A stretch of DNA of 64,000 bases from Alloascoidea hylecoeti (lineage: Eukaryota). The notes below the pieces were generated by a model. That model ran no database searches. It saw only the letters and a list, made by a program, of their open reading frames with translations, and was not told the origin of the DNA. Made by a program: the position numbers and the translations under genes. How positions within the stretch are numbered: the first letter of the stretch is position 1; each line of letters opens with the position of its first letter. Below, piece by piece: positions 51,401 through 61,422 of the stretch. Location: contig BCKZ01000005.1 of the NCBI GenBank assembly GCA_001600815.1, positions 912,875 through 976,874 on the forward strand. The letters run 5' to 3'.

Positions 51401-54400
51401 ATGGATTCCACATGGTCAGCAAATATCAAAATATCACGAGATGACATCTTTAGTTGGATCTTTCTAGTAAACTGGATATTAATACTTATTATTTCTGTCT
51501 TTTTTTTATTTTATTTTAACAGAGTGGTTGGAAGCATAATATCATTAGTTTTAAAATGGCTCCTATGGAGAAATCATAAAATACGAATACAGGTTCAATC
51601 TTTGAAAATATCGTTTCTTGGTGGTCGTATATTTTTTAAAAATTTGACGATAATCGGTCAAAATGAGGCCATTTGCGCCTTCAAAGGTACACTCACTTGG
51701 CAATATTGGCTTCACAAGACTCGAAGATCAAGAGCGCCAATGAACAACGAAATTGAAAATGAATCTATCAACACAGAAAAGAGTCAAAATATCAGAGTGA
51801 ACAGTGATGGTATTAATTCCCTTGAAGCTTCAAGTGGAAAACACTACGATAAGTTGTTATCACCTCGATTTTTATTAGAGATTGATGGTCTAGAGTGGTT
51901 TGTGTATAATCGAACACCAGCTTATGATGGAATTTTTGAGACACTTAAGAAAACCGATAGAAATGAGCAGGAAGAATATGCCGAAACAATGAATCACAAT
52001 GGAGATGGACGATCATCAATTTCATCAGAAAGTATATCGATGATGAATTCAGTAAAATCAAACCAAAGGCAATTAACAGTCGATCAAAGAACAGGTAATG
52101 GCGTCAGTAATGGAAATGAAACAGAAACATCCCAATGTGATTCTGAAGAAGAATCGAATTCAGTTAATAATGACTGCTCCCGTATTTTGAAATTTTTACC
52201 CCTACAAATATCTTGTAATAAAGGCGCTATCATTATGGGAAACAAAAGTACACCATCACTTTTGAGCTTCAGTTTTACTTCTGGCACAGGAACAGTGGAT
52301 TTAGAACCTGCTTCAAATAAACTGGATGTATATAAGAGTGCTTGCAATCTCATACTAACCAAAGCTGTAGTTTCCATGAAGCCTAATATCGATTACAGAG
52401 GACAAGATTTTGACAAAATGCGACCAAGACGAAGAAAAGCACAAGAAGGATTCATCAAAAGTATTTTATGGCATCAATTTAAAAAAATAACGTCACATAT
52501 ATTCATACCAATGCTACCAAAACATACACCAGAACCAACACAAGAAGAGAGATGGAGAGGATTAGGAAGATATTTCAATGAAGATGATGATACGTCGAAT
52601 GACTATAGTGTAGATCCGGCCCTAGAGCAAGAGGAATATGCTAAATATTCGACTATCCTAGATTCTTCTGAATGTAATGTTACATATTACTTTGATATTC
52701 CTGGGAAAGTACCAAAAAATCCTCCCAAAACTAACTTAATTGATGGCCCCGATGTTGGGAATGGTGGGCCTCCTCCGGCCTGGGGAACGGATATTTCACT
52801 TAAAGGAGTTATGATCTACTATGGACCCTGGACACATAGACAACGGATACCCCTTCAGTCTATGTTATTACCACGCATCTGTCGTGACGCTATACCAGAA
52901 AAACGTCGAGTTCCTGGCCAGGATAGAATATGTACCCAGTTTCGACTATTCATTGATATCGAAGATGATGCCACTATTAGAATTCCTATAAAAGAGTTTA
53001 GTAAAAATGAACAATTTCAGAAAATGGCAAGAGAACAAGGGGAAGATGCTGATATAACTCGGCCCTTTGGCTGGGTCGAACTAAAAGCTGATTATGGTAC
53101 TACTCTATCTTGTGACATGTGTATGGCAGCAACTGAAACAGGATGGCCAAATCAGTTTGTTGTTTCATTTAATAAGCCGGAAATTCGAACAAGTATCAAT
53201 CATGGAATTGTCTTCAAAGCAGATAGTCATACAATTACAGGTGATATATCATTCCCTCTTCAATGGAATGGTAAAACACATTGGTCTTTTACCAACTTAT
53301 CTGAAAATGGACAGCTTTTTATACTCCGAGAACATACAACTCTACTCACCGATATGTTTAAGGATTTTGCATCCGGAGCCCCAGTTTCATATGAGATGTT
53401 TACTGCCTTTATTTATTCACTTAATTGGAAAATTACAAATTATGCGATTTATTTAACTATAAACGAGTCTAACATAATTAATAACCCACTTGACTTTGAT
53501 GATAATACATTCATATCATTTCAAGGGGGTGAGATCATTCTTGATATAACAATACCGATGTTGAATGTCTATGATAAGTATACCTCTTTGAAATTCTCCC
53601 TTTTTTCTCCCAAATTTCAGTTGGTGTTGGATACACCTCCATGGCACACACTTAACAATTTCTTAAAACATAGAGAAATAGGATTGGCACACAATTTTGA
53701 ACTAAAAGGGGAATATACTTACTACGCTAACGTTGAACCTGGGAATGTCGATTCTATCTTCCTAGATGTTAATGGGGACTATGTTACACTCGAAACATAT
53801 GGCTGGATCGTGAGATATATTTTAAAAGTACAAGAAAATTATTTTGGTGAAAACGTTCACTTTCAAACATTAGAAGAATATAATAAACAGCATACGCCAC
53901 CATCGGATGAAGAGAATGACCGAACGTTTCAACACGAAAATAGTATAAAAAAATCTGATAAAATTGAGAAAAATAAGGAAACGAAATTCAAGAGGATTGA
54001 AAATGAAATCGATGTAATATTAGGAATTTATATCCGCGATGGTTGTATTGTACTACCTGCAAACATGTATGACTGCAAATCTAATGTTAGCCTTTCATTC
54101 GCTTCACTGGATATTGATTTAAGCTTCACGAATTACTATATGGACATTCAAGCTTCAATAAGTCCTGTGAGGGCTATTTCACAGACTGGGTGTACCAATG
54201 AGGAAGTGCTGCAAATGTCAAAGAAAAAGATTTCGAAACCAGAAATGTCTATTGATTCTTTGAAAATTCATGGCCATAGATTATTTGGATTGCCTCCTTT
54301 TGAACCTACCTATGTTTGCAAATGGAATTTTGTAGTTGGAAATATTTCATTCAACTGTGGTATACCATTTCTTCAAGCTCTGGGTGATTCTATCTCCAAT

Positions 54401-57400
54401 CTTGGCTATGGATACAGTGATTTGGAGAATGCATTATTAGTAGAAGAACCAATTGTGAATGATATTACAATTGTAACTTTTGTTTGTCCTCTTATTTCTT
54501 TAAAAATTAACACAGAAAACAACTCGTACCTAAAAATTGTACTGGAGAAGATATCTTTTCGGATGAATGATATTTCTAATAATCGATATACATCGAGAGC
54601 AAACCTTACAATTCCTGTTATTTCAGTGTCTGTATTTGACATTGCTGATAAATCTAAACTGTTAGCTGGCTTTCAAACATCTTTATATTTTACAGATTTT
54701 TGTCAGAAAAAGGATTTTGATCGCCATAGAATGTTACAACAGGCACATGTTAAATTAAACGATGGACCTTTCCACAGAATCCCCTTTTTTTTGAATGAGG
54801 ATAGTAGGGATCAAGAATACAATGCTGCCTACGAATCACTAGACGTGTCATTACCTTTACCTGATTTTCCTGCCCAACTTAATGGCGAGTCTGTGGACTA
54901 TATTTTTGCAGACACACCGTTCAACCAAATCAACGATTCCACTAATGGGAAAAATAATGATAGCGAATCAAATTATTCTTCAAGCACTCTTTCAAATTCT
55001 AGCGATGATGAAGATGTAGGTAGATACCTTCCACCAGGTAATTGGAAGCATATCAGAAGAACTAGAGTCAGAGCTAGAGCACAATCTGATGACCAAACTG
55101 GATTTCGTCCTACTTTTCATTATATTGATTCTGAATTCACACCCAATTACAAACCGGATCCAAAGTTTGAGTATGATAGCTTTATTATTAGTTTTGGAAA
55201 CACGTGGTTATATCTATCCCCGCAGTCTTTACCTATACTAGTTCAGCTTTATGATAAATTCGAGACGAAAAATTTACAATCCGTCATCGATAATATTCAA
55301 AAAGATGTTGTTAGCCATCTTGAAGATTTTGTATCTCAAGAATCAAACGTTAAGAATTTGAAGTTAGTAATGCCAATATTTCATTTCAAGTATGGTGACT
55401 TCAATTTCAAAACATTAGATGTCATCTTCAACGATACTCCGATAGAGCAATTACCGAGCCATTTAAATGCCGAGGTTTCACACCTTTCTGTTACAACATC
55501 CTCTCAAACCGAGTCAAAGGAAGTTGATGTTGAATTTGGTTATAACTCTACCAACGAAAAGTCTAATGAAAACACATTAATTATCACAGTGAAACAGATA
55601 ATTTTATCTATTCAAAGAAATCTTCATGAATTAGATGATGACATGTTTGCTGATTCACGCGCATTTGCATTAATTCTTCAAGATAATGAGATATGGTCGA
55701 ATTCTTTGTCGAAATGGGAAGAATATTCTTCACAAATTCGTACTTTGGATTTTTCAATTCAAGAGAGACAATTAGGATGGCTCCAGAATTATATAGTTTT
55801 ACAAGGAAAATATTTACAACATATATCAGAACTTATACTACCGATAATTAGCCGATCAAAAGCTAGTCAAATTTATTTGTTCAATGCAATAGCAACAGAA
55901 TATATGCAACAAAATGACCCATCTGTTCTTACTAAACCAGCATATATTACAAGGTATTCTAAAAAGCACACTAGAATAAACGATAGCTGGAAAATATTGA
56001 TGAAGATAAGACATTCTTTCAATAATGTAGAGCTATCACGGAGAGTTGAATTTTCCGAGAATTTTCGTACTAATAATTTTGATGTATCTGAATCTGTCTT
56101 TGAAGATGTATTAAACGCATTCTCAGAATGGAGAAGTTGGGAATTTACTGATATCACTAAAAGCTTCATTTTAAGATATATCTTTGAAGCAGAACCTCAA
56201 GCTACTAACTTTCTTGGATCCAAGCTTATTAAGCTTCAAGTTGAAAGTTTTATTGTTAGATTAGTTTCTCAAAACTATGATGATGACTTTTTGTGCTTTG
56301 ATGATCTAAACTTGAATGTTTCTTGTGATAATTCTCCCGATTTATCAGATATTGCACGCCTCGGAACAGATATACCTGGCGATTCTGATAATTCACAAAT
56401 ATATTTACGAGTCTCAAGTATTAGGACTCGTGGAAGTTTATTACTACTATCTGTAAAGGACTTTGCGGAAAAAATTGTCGTTTCTTTTACAACTGGTGAA
56501 GGAAAAGAACAGCAAACACAGCAACCAAATAGAGAGACAGTGGTTGGTAACGCATTGTCCGTTGTTCCATCTCATAGCACAAACAACATACAATCTCCCC
56601 AGTTATCCCAATTAACAGTACTAATTGGATCTATTGATTTCAATTTTGATTTAGAAAAGGTATCTCTACATTACGCAGGAACATCAATCTCTACTGCAGT
56701 GCTATTTACTCATGATGGCGATGTTTGGTCTAATAAATTACGATTAAATGTTGTTCATACCTGCGAACAGGTTCAATTTAATATTTTAGTTGAGAATCAT
56801 AGCATGTTTTCATTTGTCGGAGAAGAAACCGCCTTTAGCTCTTCAATAGTAGGGCCTCTTCGAGATGGATTCAAAAAGGTTGACCTTTCTTCACAACACA
56901 TTGGAATTAACTGCATCGAAGGATCGGTAGGATTGTGTAAGATAATAAATTCGTTTGTGGATCATGATTGGGACATCATCAAAAATCATATAAATATTGA
57001 TCACCCAACTGAAACTCCCAATGCTGTGCCAAAATCAGACACATCTGGTACTGCTGCGATGGGAATAGGTGATTTGATGATAACATCTTCAATTAATTCG
57101 CTTGACTGGAACTTAGAATTACTTCCAAACTTGATTTTAGATGGAGAGATTATTGGATTTTCAGTAGAATTACACAAGGTGATGGATATAATCATCTGTG
57201 ATATTGGTCACACTAATTGTGACTTGAGACTTTCAATGCCACGGGAAAGGACGTCCCATAAGTTTGTCTCCAATTCTATGTGTCTTGCCAAAATATCCCA
57301 GTCGAATGTTGCCTGTTTAGCCAAAATTAGAACATCTATGAGACTTTTGGAACTTTATGTTAGATCTGATATATTAGATGTATCGCTTCTATCCTTCTCT

Positions 57401-60400
57401 ACTCTTGAAGACACAGTTTTTATTTCAAAGGAGTCCATAGAAAAGGGTATATCTGACCTGACTGCCTCTATTTCAAGAGCGAAAAAAATTATAAGGATTG
57501 GGACCGAATCGTCTGCCCTGAAACCCACCACGTCAATGGATGGCAGCGGCAATGATCTCCCTCTATTTTTTAAGATTGCATTATCTCAAGATTTGGTAGA
57601 GTTTTCTACTATTTTGGATGATACAAAATACTCAGCAGCGTGTGAGGACTTCTCGGTATCTGCATTTACGTATGCTATTGGCTCTTTAACAGATCCAGAT
57701 GAATTGGTTTCAGTCAAGCCATACGGTGAAATTAACTTGTCTAGATTTTATTTTGTGGTTGATAGTCGTAACCTGGACCCACTATTATCAACAATTGTTG
57801 ATTTGAATTTTTCGGTGAAGATCAGTAACCCCGAAAATTATCTGGAAACTGACTTACAAACCCTTCAAATTGAAAGCAGCTATATGAGGGTTGCTTTGAG
57901 CTCCGGGGCCATCGTAAAACTTATCAAACTATCAAAAGCTTCTGCCATTTTGCTGGAAAATTTGAAGAGATTTGAACTACTCAAGAAAGAACATAAACCA
58001 ATCACGACCCCCAATTCCACAGAAAATTGCAAAGAAGGACATTTTTTCCCTTATTTGGTACACATATTATCTTACAATATTTGTATTGGATGGCTATTTG
58101 AAGAAAAGGATCCTCAGTACCCCGGTATTATACTTGGATGTGAAAAAGTCTATATGGTTTCGGAAAAAGATCTTGGAAAACTTACTATGATTGATTCTTA
58201 TTTATCCGTCGCCAAAGGAAATAACTGTAATAACTTTTATAGCGAACAGAGTGAATCTCTTTTATTTGATAGGGCACATTTACCGGGTATGCAACTTATT
58301 TATAAAATAACAGAAAAAGATGGATTGCGTGATGTTTCAATTAAAATAAGTGGTGAGGAACTTAATCTAAAATTATTATCTTCTTCAATGGTATTACTAG
58401 AGAAAACTTTAAGATCATTCTCAGATGTATCCGAACGTTTAGATCAACTGAACCGTGAGTTTGAAGGGAAGCATATAGCTTCATCTCCAGTTATAGCTCC
58501 CGAATTAAAAGAAGAAGTTAATGCTGATGAAGCGATTGCGCAGGTTCTTGGTGATAATTTGACTTCTTTCAGCTGTTCAATCGGATTTGAAGGTGGCCAG
58601 TTTGAACTGTACGACACTGATACATCGCATTCGAGACATCAACAACTGCATAGAAAAATGACAGTGAATACTTCAGACAGTGGGTCCGCTGATGGAAGAA
58701 GGGGATCCTTTCAACCAAATACCGCAGCATTATCTTTACATTCCCCTACAGTAAAGTTTTATATGGATTATCTGAAGAAAAAAAATGGGGATAAAAAGCA
58801 TTATTTGAAATGTGAAACGGTTATTCTCCCTTCAACCAATACAATCTATGCAAAGTGTGTTCCTGTTATTATGGATATGTTCTTAGCAGCTAAGAATATG
58901 CTACAAAAGACGCCAGAATTATCAGTTCCTGCATCCCCCAGATCACGAATATCCTCAGCTTCATCTAACATACTGAATCCTGATACTATACACCCTGTTT
59001 ACGGTAAGAATAATAAAGAAATTACCAAGCAAGATCAAATCGACATTGCCCAATTTCTTGAAGATATAGAGATTAGTTTTGGTTTCAGTATGGACCGTCA
59101 AGAGGTAATACTCAGTTGTGAGCCGACAGCTAAAGTTTCAATGGTTGTTGGTTATGATAAGTTATATTTTCAAGTTTGTACTTCGTCGGAAGATATTGGA
59201 AAGACTATTTACATTAAAATGGATTCATTAAAGGCACAATTACAGCATATATATTCCAGAGAAATTAGTGGGTCCATTGGTATCGAGACTATTGTGATTG
59301 GAGGTGCATTAGAAAACACATTGGGACAACTAATAAAGGGATCAGCATCTTGTAATGTGTCTGATGTATCCTGTTATGTTAATCTTCAGCAGAGACAGGA
59401 TCTGGAGTTGTTTCATGATATTTGGAAACCAGATAATACCACATTTGCAGCAAAACTTTCGCGAAGAGCATCTGTTAGCACCAGGGAAAAGCAAAGAGAT
59501 GAAAAGAACCTTGTTTCTAGATTCCATGAAGTTGCTGCCACCAATGCTTTTCCCTGGACAATTACATTGAATGTAGTTAATATTGGAGGGCAGGTTGAAT
59601 TAGGACAATCATTGGGTAGAGTATTTCTGGATATTGATCGAATATGGCTCATTTCTAGGAAGTCATCTGATTGGGAACAAAATATGACATTTGGTATCGA
59701 TAAAATATTACTTTCTGCCAATAGAAGACTAGGCGGTGAACTTGTCTTAACAGATTTACGGTTGCATACAGTTATTGTGTGGCAGATGGACGACCAGATC
59801 TTTGATATTCCATTGATTTTAGTTTCAATTGGCCTCGAGAGCTTCGCAGCTAAACTTTTGTTTGATTTCCATCCATTTTTTGTTGCTAAAGTCTCCAAAA
59901 TAAATCTAGGCATTTACAATCAGAAAGATAAAGCAAAAATTTTACAAGATCAACTATCGGCTATTATAGATATTGAATCGGTTTACTTCTATATGACATC
60001 GCTAGCTGCTTCTAATTTCTATGATATATATAAGACCTTAGACAGGTTACATAATGACTCTAATGCTTTATATCGTCAAGTTTTGCGGGATTCTGCCCCG
60101 ACTCAAATAGCAGAAGAAAATGCAATGAAGCTGAAGAATCCAAGCCCCAAAAGTGAGAAATTTAATATTGGAACTTTGCGAACTATGATTGATGTTACCA
60201 TTGGAGCTTTTGGGATACAAATATATCCCAATTCTCTAGCCGATTCCAAAGTTTTTGTGATTAAAAGCAATGTAATGAACGCAAGATACTCTCAAGGGAA
60301 GGATCCTAATAATAAGATTACAGGAGATCTGGAACTGAAAATGAAAGAAATATTTGTTGCGCTCTCAACTTTTAAACACCAAATCAATGCGGATACAATA

Positions 60401-61006
60401 AATAAGATGTCAATTAATGAATATGAGCAACATGCGAACTCTGTTCATGGTGGAGGTATTATTAGTTTTCCATCGTTGAACCTATCGATGCAAACCTGGC
60501 AATTACCAGATATGAATGATATTGAGTATAAGTTTGTAAGCAGTTTTGGTGATGATGCAGTGATTAAATGGAATCTGGGACCCGTTAATTTTATTCGTGA
60601 AATGTGGCATAGCCATGCTAGAGCGTTAGCATCTCGTTTGGAGAATGAGAAGCGTGCTGAGAAATTAGAAGAGAAAGTAGCACAAACCACTAAATCTTCA
60701 ACACTTGATGATATTGAAGCTGATGATGGTGATAAAGATGAGGATCAATTATACCGAAAAGCCAGTATTGAAGAACATATTCGTGATGTTGAGTTAAACA
60801 CAAAATATACATATATTGCATTAAGTCCACCAGAGGTAGGACCACCACAAGTAAAAGAGTTGGGTAATGCTACGCCGCCATTAGAATGGTTTGGTTTACA
60901 CAGGAAGCGTTTTCCTGGATTTGTTCATCAAGGATTTATTGTTGCTTTGCAAAAATTGACAAGAGAGTCAGCCATCCAATACCAAAAAATTTTAGGAAAG
61001 GCATAA
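51401..61006 (+). CDS. CSF1: Bridge-like lipid transfer protein Csf1 (BLTP1/Tweek family)
   Basis: 3201 aa; N-terminal TM then LFYFNRVVG, SFLGGRIFFKN, GLEWFVYNRTPAYD and YGPWTHRQR; C-terminal PQVKELGNATPPLEWFGLHR. Confidence 0.92.
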   Translation: MDSTWSANIKISRDDIFSWIFLVNWILILIISVFFLFYFNRVVGSIISLVLKWLLWRNHKIRIQVQSLKISFLGGRIFFKNLTIIGQNEAICAFKGTLTWQYWLHKTRRSRAPMNNEIENESINTEKSQNIRVNSDGINSLEASSGKHYDKLLSPRFLLEIDGLEWFVYNRTPAYDGIFETLKKTDRNEQEEYAETMNHNGDGRSSISSESISMMNSVKSNQRQLTVDQRTGNGVSNGNETETSQCDSEEESNSVNNDCSRILKFLPLQISCNKGAIIMGNKSTPSLLSFSFTSGTGTVDLEPASNKLDVYKSACNLILTKAVVSMKPNIDYRGQDFDKMRPRRRKAQEGFIKSILWHQFKKITSHIFIPMLPKHTPEPTQEERWRGLGRYFNEDDDTSNDYSVDPALEQEEYAKYSTILDSSECNVTYYFDIPGKVPKNPPKTNLIDGPDVGNGGPPPAWGTDISLKGVMIYYGPWTHRQRIPLQSMLLPRICRDAIPEKRRVPGQDRICTQFRLFIDIEDDATIRIPIKEFSKNEQFQKMAREQGEDADITRPFGWVELKADYGTTLSCDMCMAATETGWPNQFVVSFNKPEIRTSINHGIVFKADSHTITGDISFPLQWNGKTHWSFTNLSENGQLFILREHTTLLTDMFKDFASGAPVSYEMFTAFIYSLNWKITNYAIYLTINESNIINNPLDFDDNTFISFQGGEIILDITIPMLNVYDKYTSLKFSLFSPKFQLVLDTPPWHTLNNFLKHREIGLAHNFELKGEYTYYANVEPGNVDSIFLDVNGDYVTLETYGWIVRYILKVQENYFGENVHFQTLEEYNKQHTPPSDEENDRTFQHENSIKKSDKIEKNKETKFKRIENEIDVILGIYIRDGCIVLPANMYDCKSNVSLSFASLDIDLSFTNYYMDIQASISPVRAISQTGCTNEEVLQMSKKKISKPEMSIDSLKIHGHRLFGLPPFEPTYVCKWNFVVGNISFNCGIPFLQALGDSISNLGYGYSDLENALLVEEPIVNDITIVTFVCPLISLKINTENNSYLKIVLEKISFRMNDISNNRYTSRANLTIPVISVSVFDIADKSKLLAGFQTSLYFTDFCQKKDFDRHRMLQQAHVKLNDGPFHRIPFFLNEDSRDQEYNAAYESLDVSLPLPDFPAQLNGESVDYIFADTPFNQINDSTNGKNNDSESNYSSSTLSNSSDDEDVGRYLPPGNWKHIRRTRVRARAQSDDQTGFRPTFHYIDSEFTPNYKPDPKFEYDSFIISFGNTWLYLSPQSLPILVQLYDKFETKNLQSVIDNIQKDVVSHLEDFVSQESNVKNLKLVMPIFHFKYGDFNFKTLDVIFNDTPIEQLPSHLNAEVSHLSVTTSSQTESKEVDVEFGYNSTNEKSNENTLIITVKQIILSIQRNLHELDDDMFADSRAFALILQDNEIWSNSLSKWEEYSSQIRTLDFSIQERQLGWLQNYIVLQGKYLQHISELILPIISRSKASQIYLFNAIATEYMQQNDPSVLTKPAYITRYSKKHTRINDSWKILMKIRHSFNNVELSRRVEFSENFRTNNFDVSESVFEDVLNAFSEWRSWEFTDITKSFILRYIFEAEPQATNFLGSKLIKLQVESFIVRLVSQNYDDDFLCFDDLNLNVSCDNSPDLSDIARLGTDIPGDSDNSQIYLRVSSIRTRGSLLLLSVKDFAEKIVVSFTTGEGKEQQTQQPNRETVVGNALSVVPSHSTNNIQSPQLSQLTVLIGSIDFNFDLEKVSLHYAGTSISTAVLFTHDGDVWSNKLRLNVVHTCEQVQFNILVENHSMFSFVGEETAFSSSIVGPLRDGFKKVDLSSQHIGINCIEGSVGLCKIINSFVDHDWDIIKNHINIDHPTETPNAVPKSDTSGTAAMGIGDLMITSSINSLDWNLELLPNLILDGEIIGFSVELHKVMDIIICDIGHTNCDLRLSMPRERTSHKFVSNSMCLAKISQSNVACLAKIRTSMRLLELYVRSDILDVSLLSFSTLEDTVFISKESIEKGISDLTASISRAKKIIRIGTESSALKPTTSMDGSGNDLPLFFKIALSQDLVEFSTILDDTKYSAACEDFSVSAFTYAIGSLTDPDELVSVKPYGEINLSRFYFVVDSRNLDPLLSTIVDLNFSVKISNPENYLETDLQTLQIESSYMRVALSSGAIVKLIKLSKASAILLENLKRFELLKKEHKPITTPNSTENCKEGHFFPYLVHILSYNICIGWLFEEKDPQYPGIILGCEKVYMVSEKDLGKLTMIDSYLSVAKGNNCNNFYSEQSESLLFDRAHLPGMQLIYKITEKDGLRDVSIKISGEELNLKLLSSSMVLLEKTLRSFSDVSERLDQLNREFEGKHIASSPVIAPELKEEVNADEAIAQVLGDNLTSFSCSIGFEGGQFELYDTDTSHSRHQQLHRKMTVNTSDSGSADGRRGSFQPNTAALSLHSPTVKFYMDYLKKKNGDKKHYLKCETVILPSTNTIYAKCVPVIMDMFLAAKNMLQKTPELSVPASPRSRISSASSNILNPDTIHPVYGKNNKEITKQDQIDIAQFLEDIEISFGFSMDRQEVILSCEPTAKVSMVVGYDKLYFQVCTSSEDIGKTIYIKMDSLKAQLQHIYSREISGSIGIETIVIGGALENTLGQLIKGSASCNVSDVSCYVNLQQRQDLELFHDIWKPDNTTFAAKLSRRASVSTREKQRDEKNLVSRFHEVAATNAFPWTITLNVVNIGGQVELGQSLGRVFLDIDRIWLISRKSSDWEQNMTFGIDKILLSANRRLGGELVLTDLRLHTVIVWQMDDQIFDIPLILVSIGLESFAAKLLFDFHPFFVAKVSKINLGIYNQKDKAKILQDQLSAIIDIESVYFYMTSLAASNFYDIYKTLDRLHNDSNALYRQVLRDSAPTQIAEENAMKLKNPSPKSEKFNIGTLRTMIDVTIGAFGIQIYPNSLADSKVFVIKSNVMNARYSQGKDPNNKITGDLELKMKEIFVALSTFKHQINADTINKMSINEYEQHANSVHGGGIISFPSLNLSMQTWQLPDMNDIEYKFVSSFGDDAVIKWNLGPVNFIREMWHSHARALASRLENEKRAEKLEEKVAQTTKSSTLDDIEADDGDKDEDQLYRKASIEEHIRDVELNTKYTYIALSPPEVGPPQVKELGNATPPLEWFGLHRKRFPGFVHQGFIVALQKLTRESAIQYQKILGKA

Positions 61007-61316
61007 CTATTTATAGCTAGTTATTGCATTATATTAATGATTTTATTTTTGTTTTAAAAGTACGAGTACGTAAAATCATCAATCGGAGTTTTATCGTTTT
61101 GTAATAATCGATTGTACCAGGTACAAAGCTATAAGAATGAGCCTGTAGTACCATTGCAGCAAAGAATAAGGAGATGCGATAATATATATTCGAAAGAGTT
61201 CTTCATTTTGCTTAAGTCATTGATTATTTTATTTACAACTTTCAGGAATTCTTGATGAAAATTGTATTTTCATTTTCATTATATATGCTTGTTAAACGAT
61301 ACATTTAGTTAAAGGG

Positions 61317-61342
61317 GTGGCCGAAATTAAGCGGAATGACTG
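61317..61342. mobile_element. Solo TIR of the same MITE family
   Basis: Reverse complement reads TA|CAGTCATTCCGCTTAATTTCGGCCAC. Confidence 0.6.
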
Positions 61343-61422
61343 TATTATGGCCTAATTATAAATAACATATCTAATTACATTTTTCTTTTATTACGGCTAA
61401 ATATGATTCATTTATATACATA

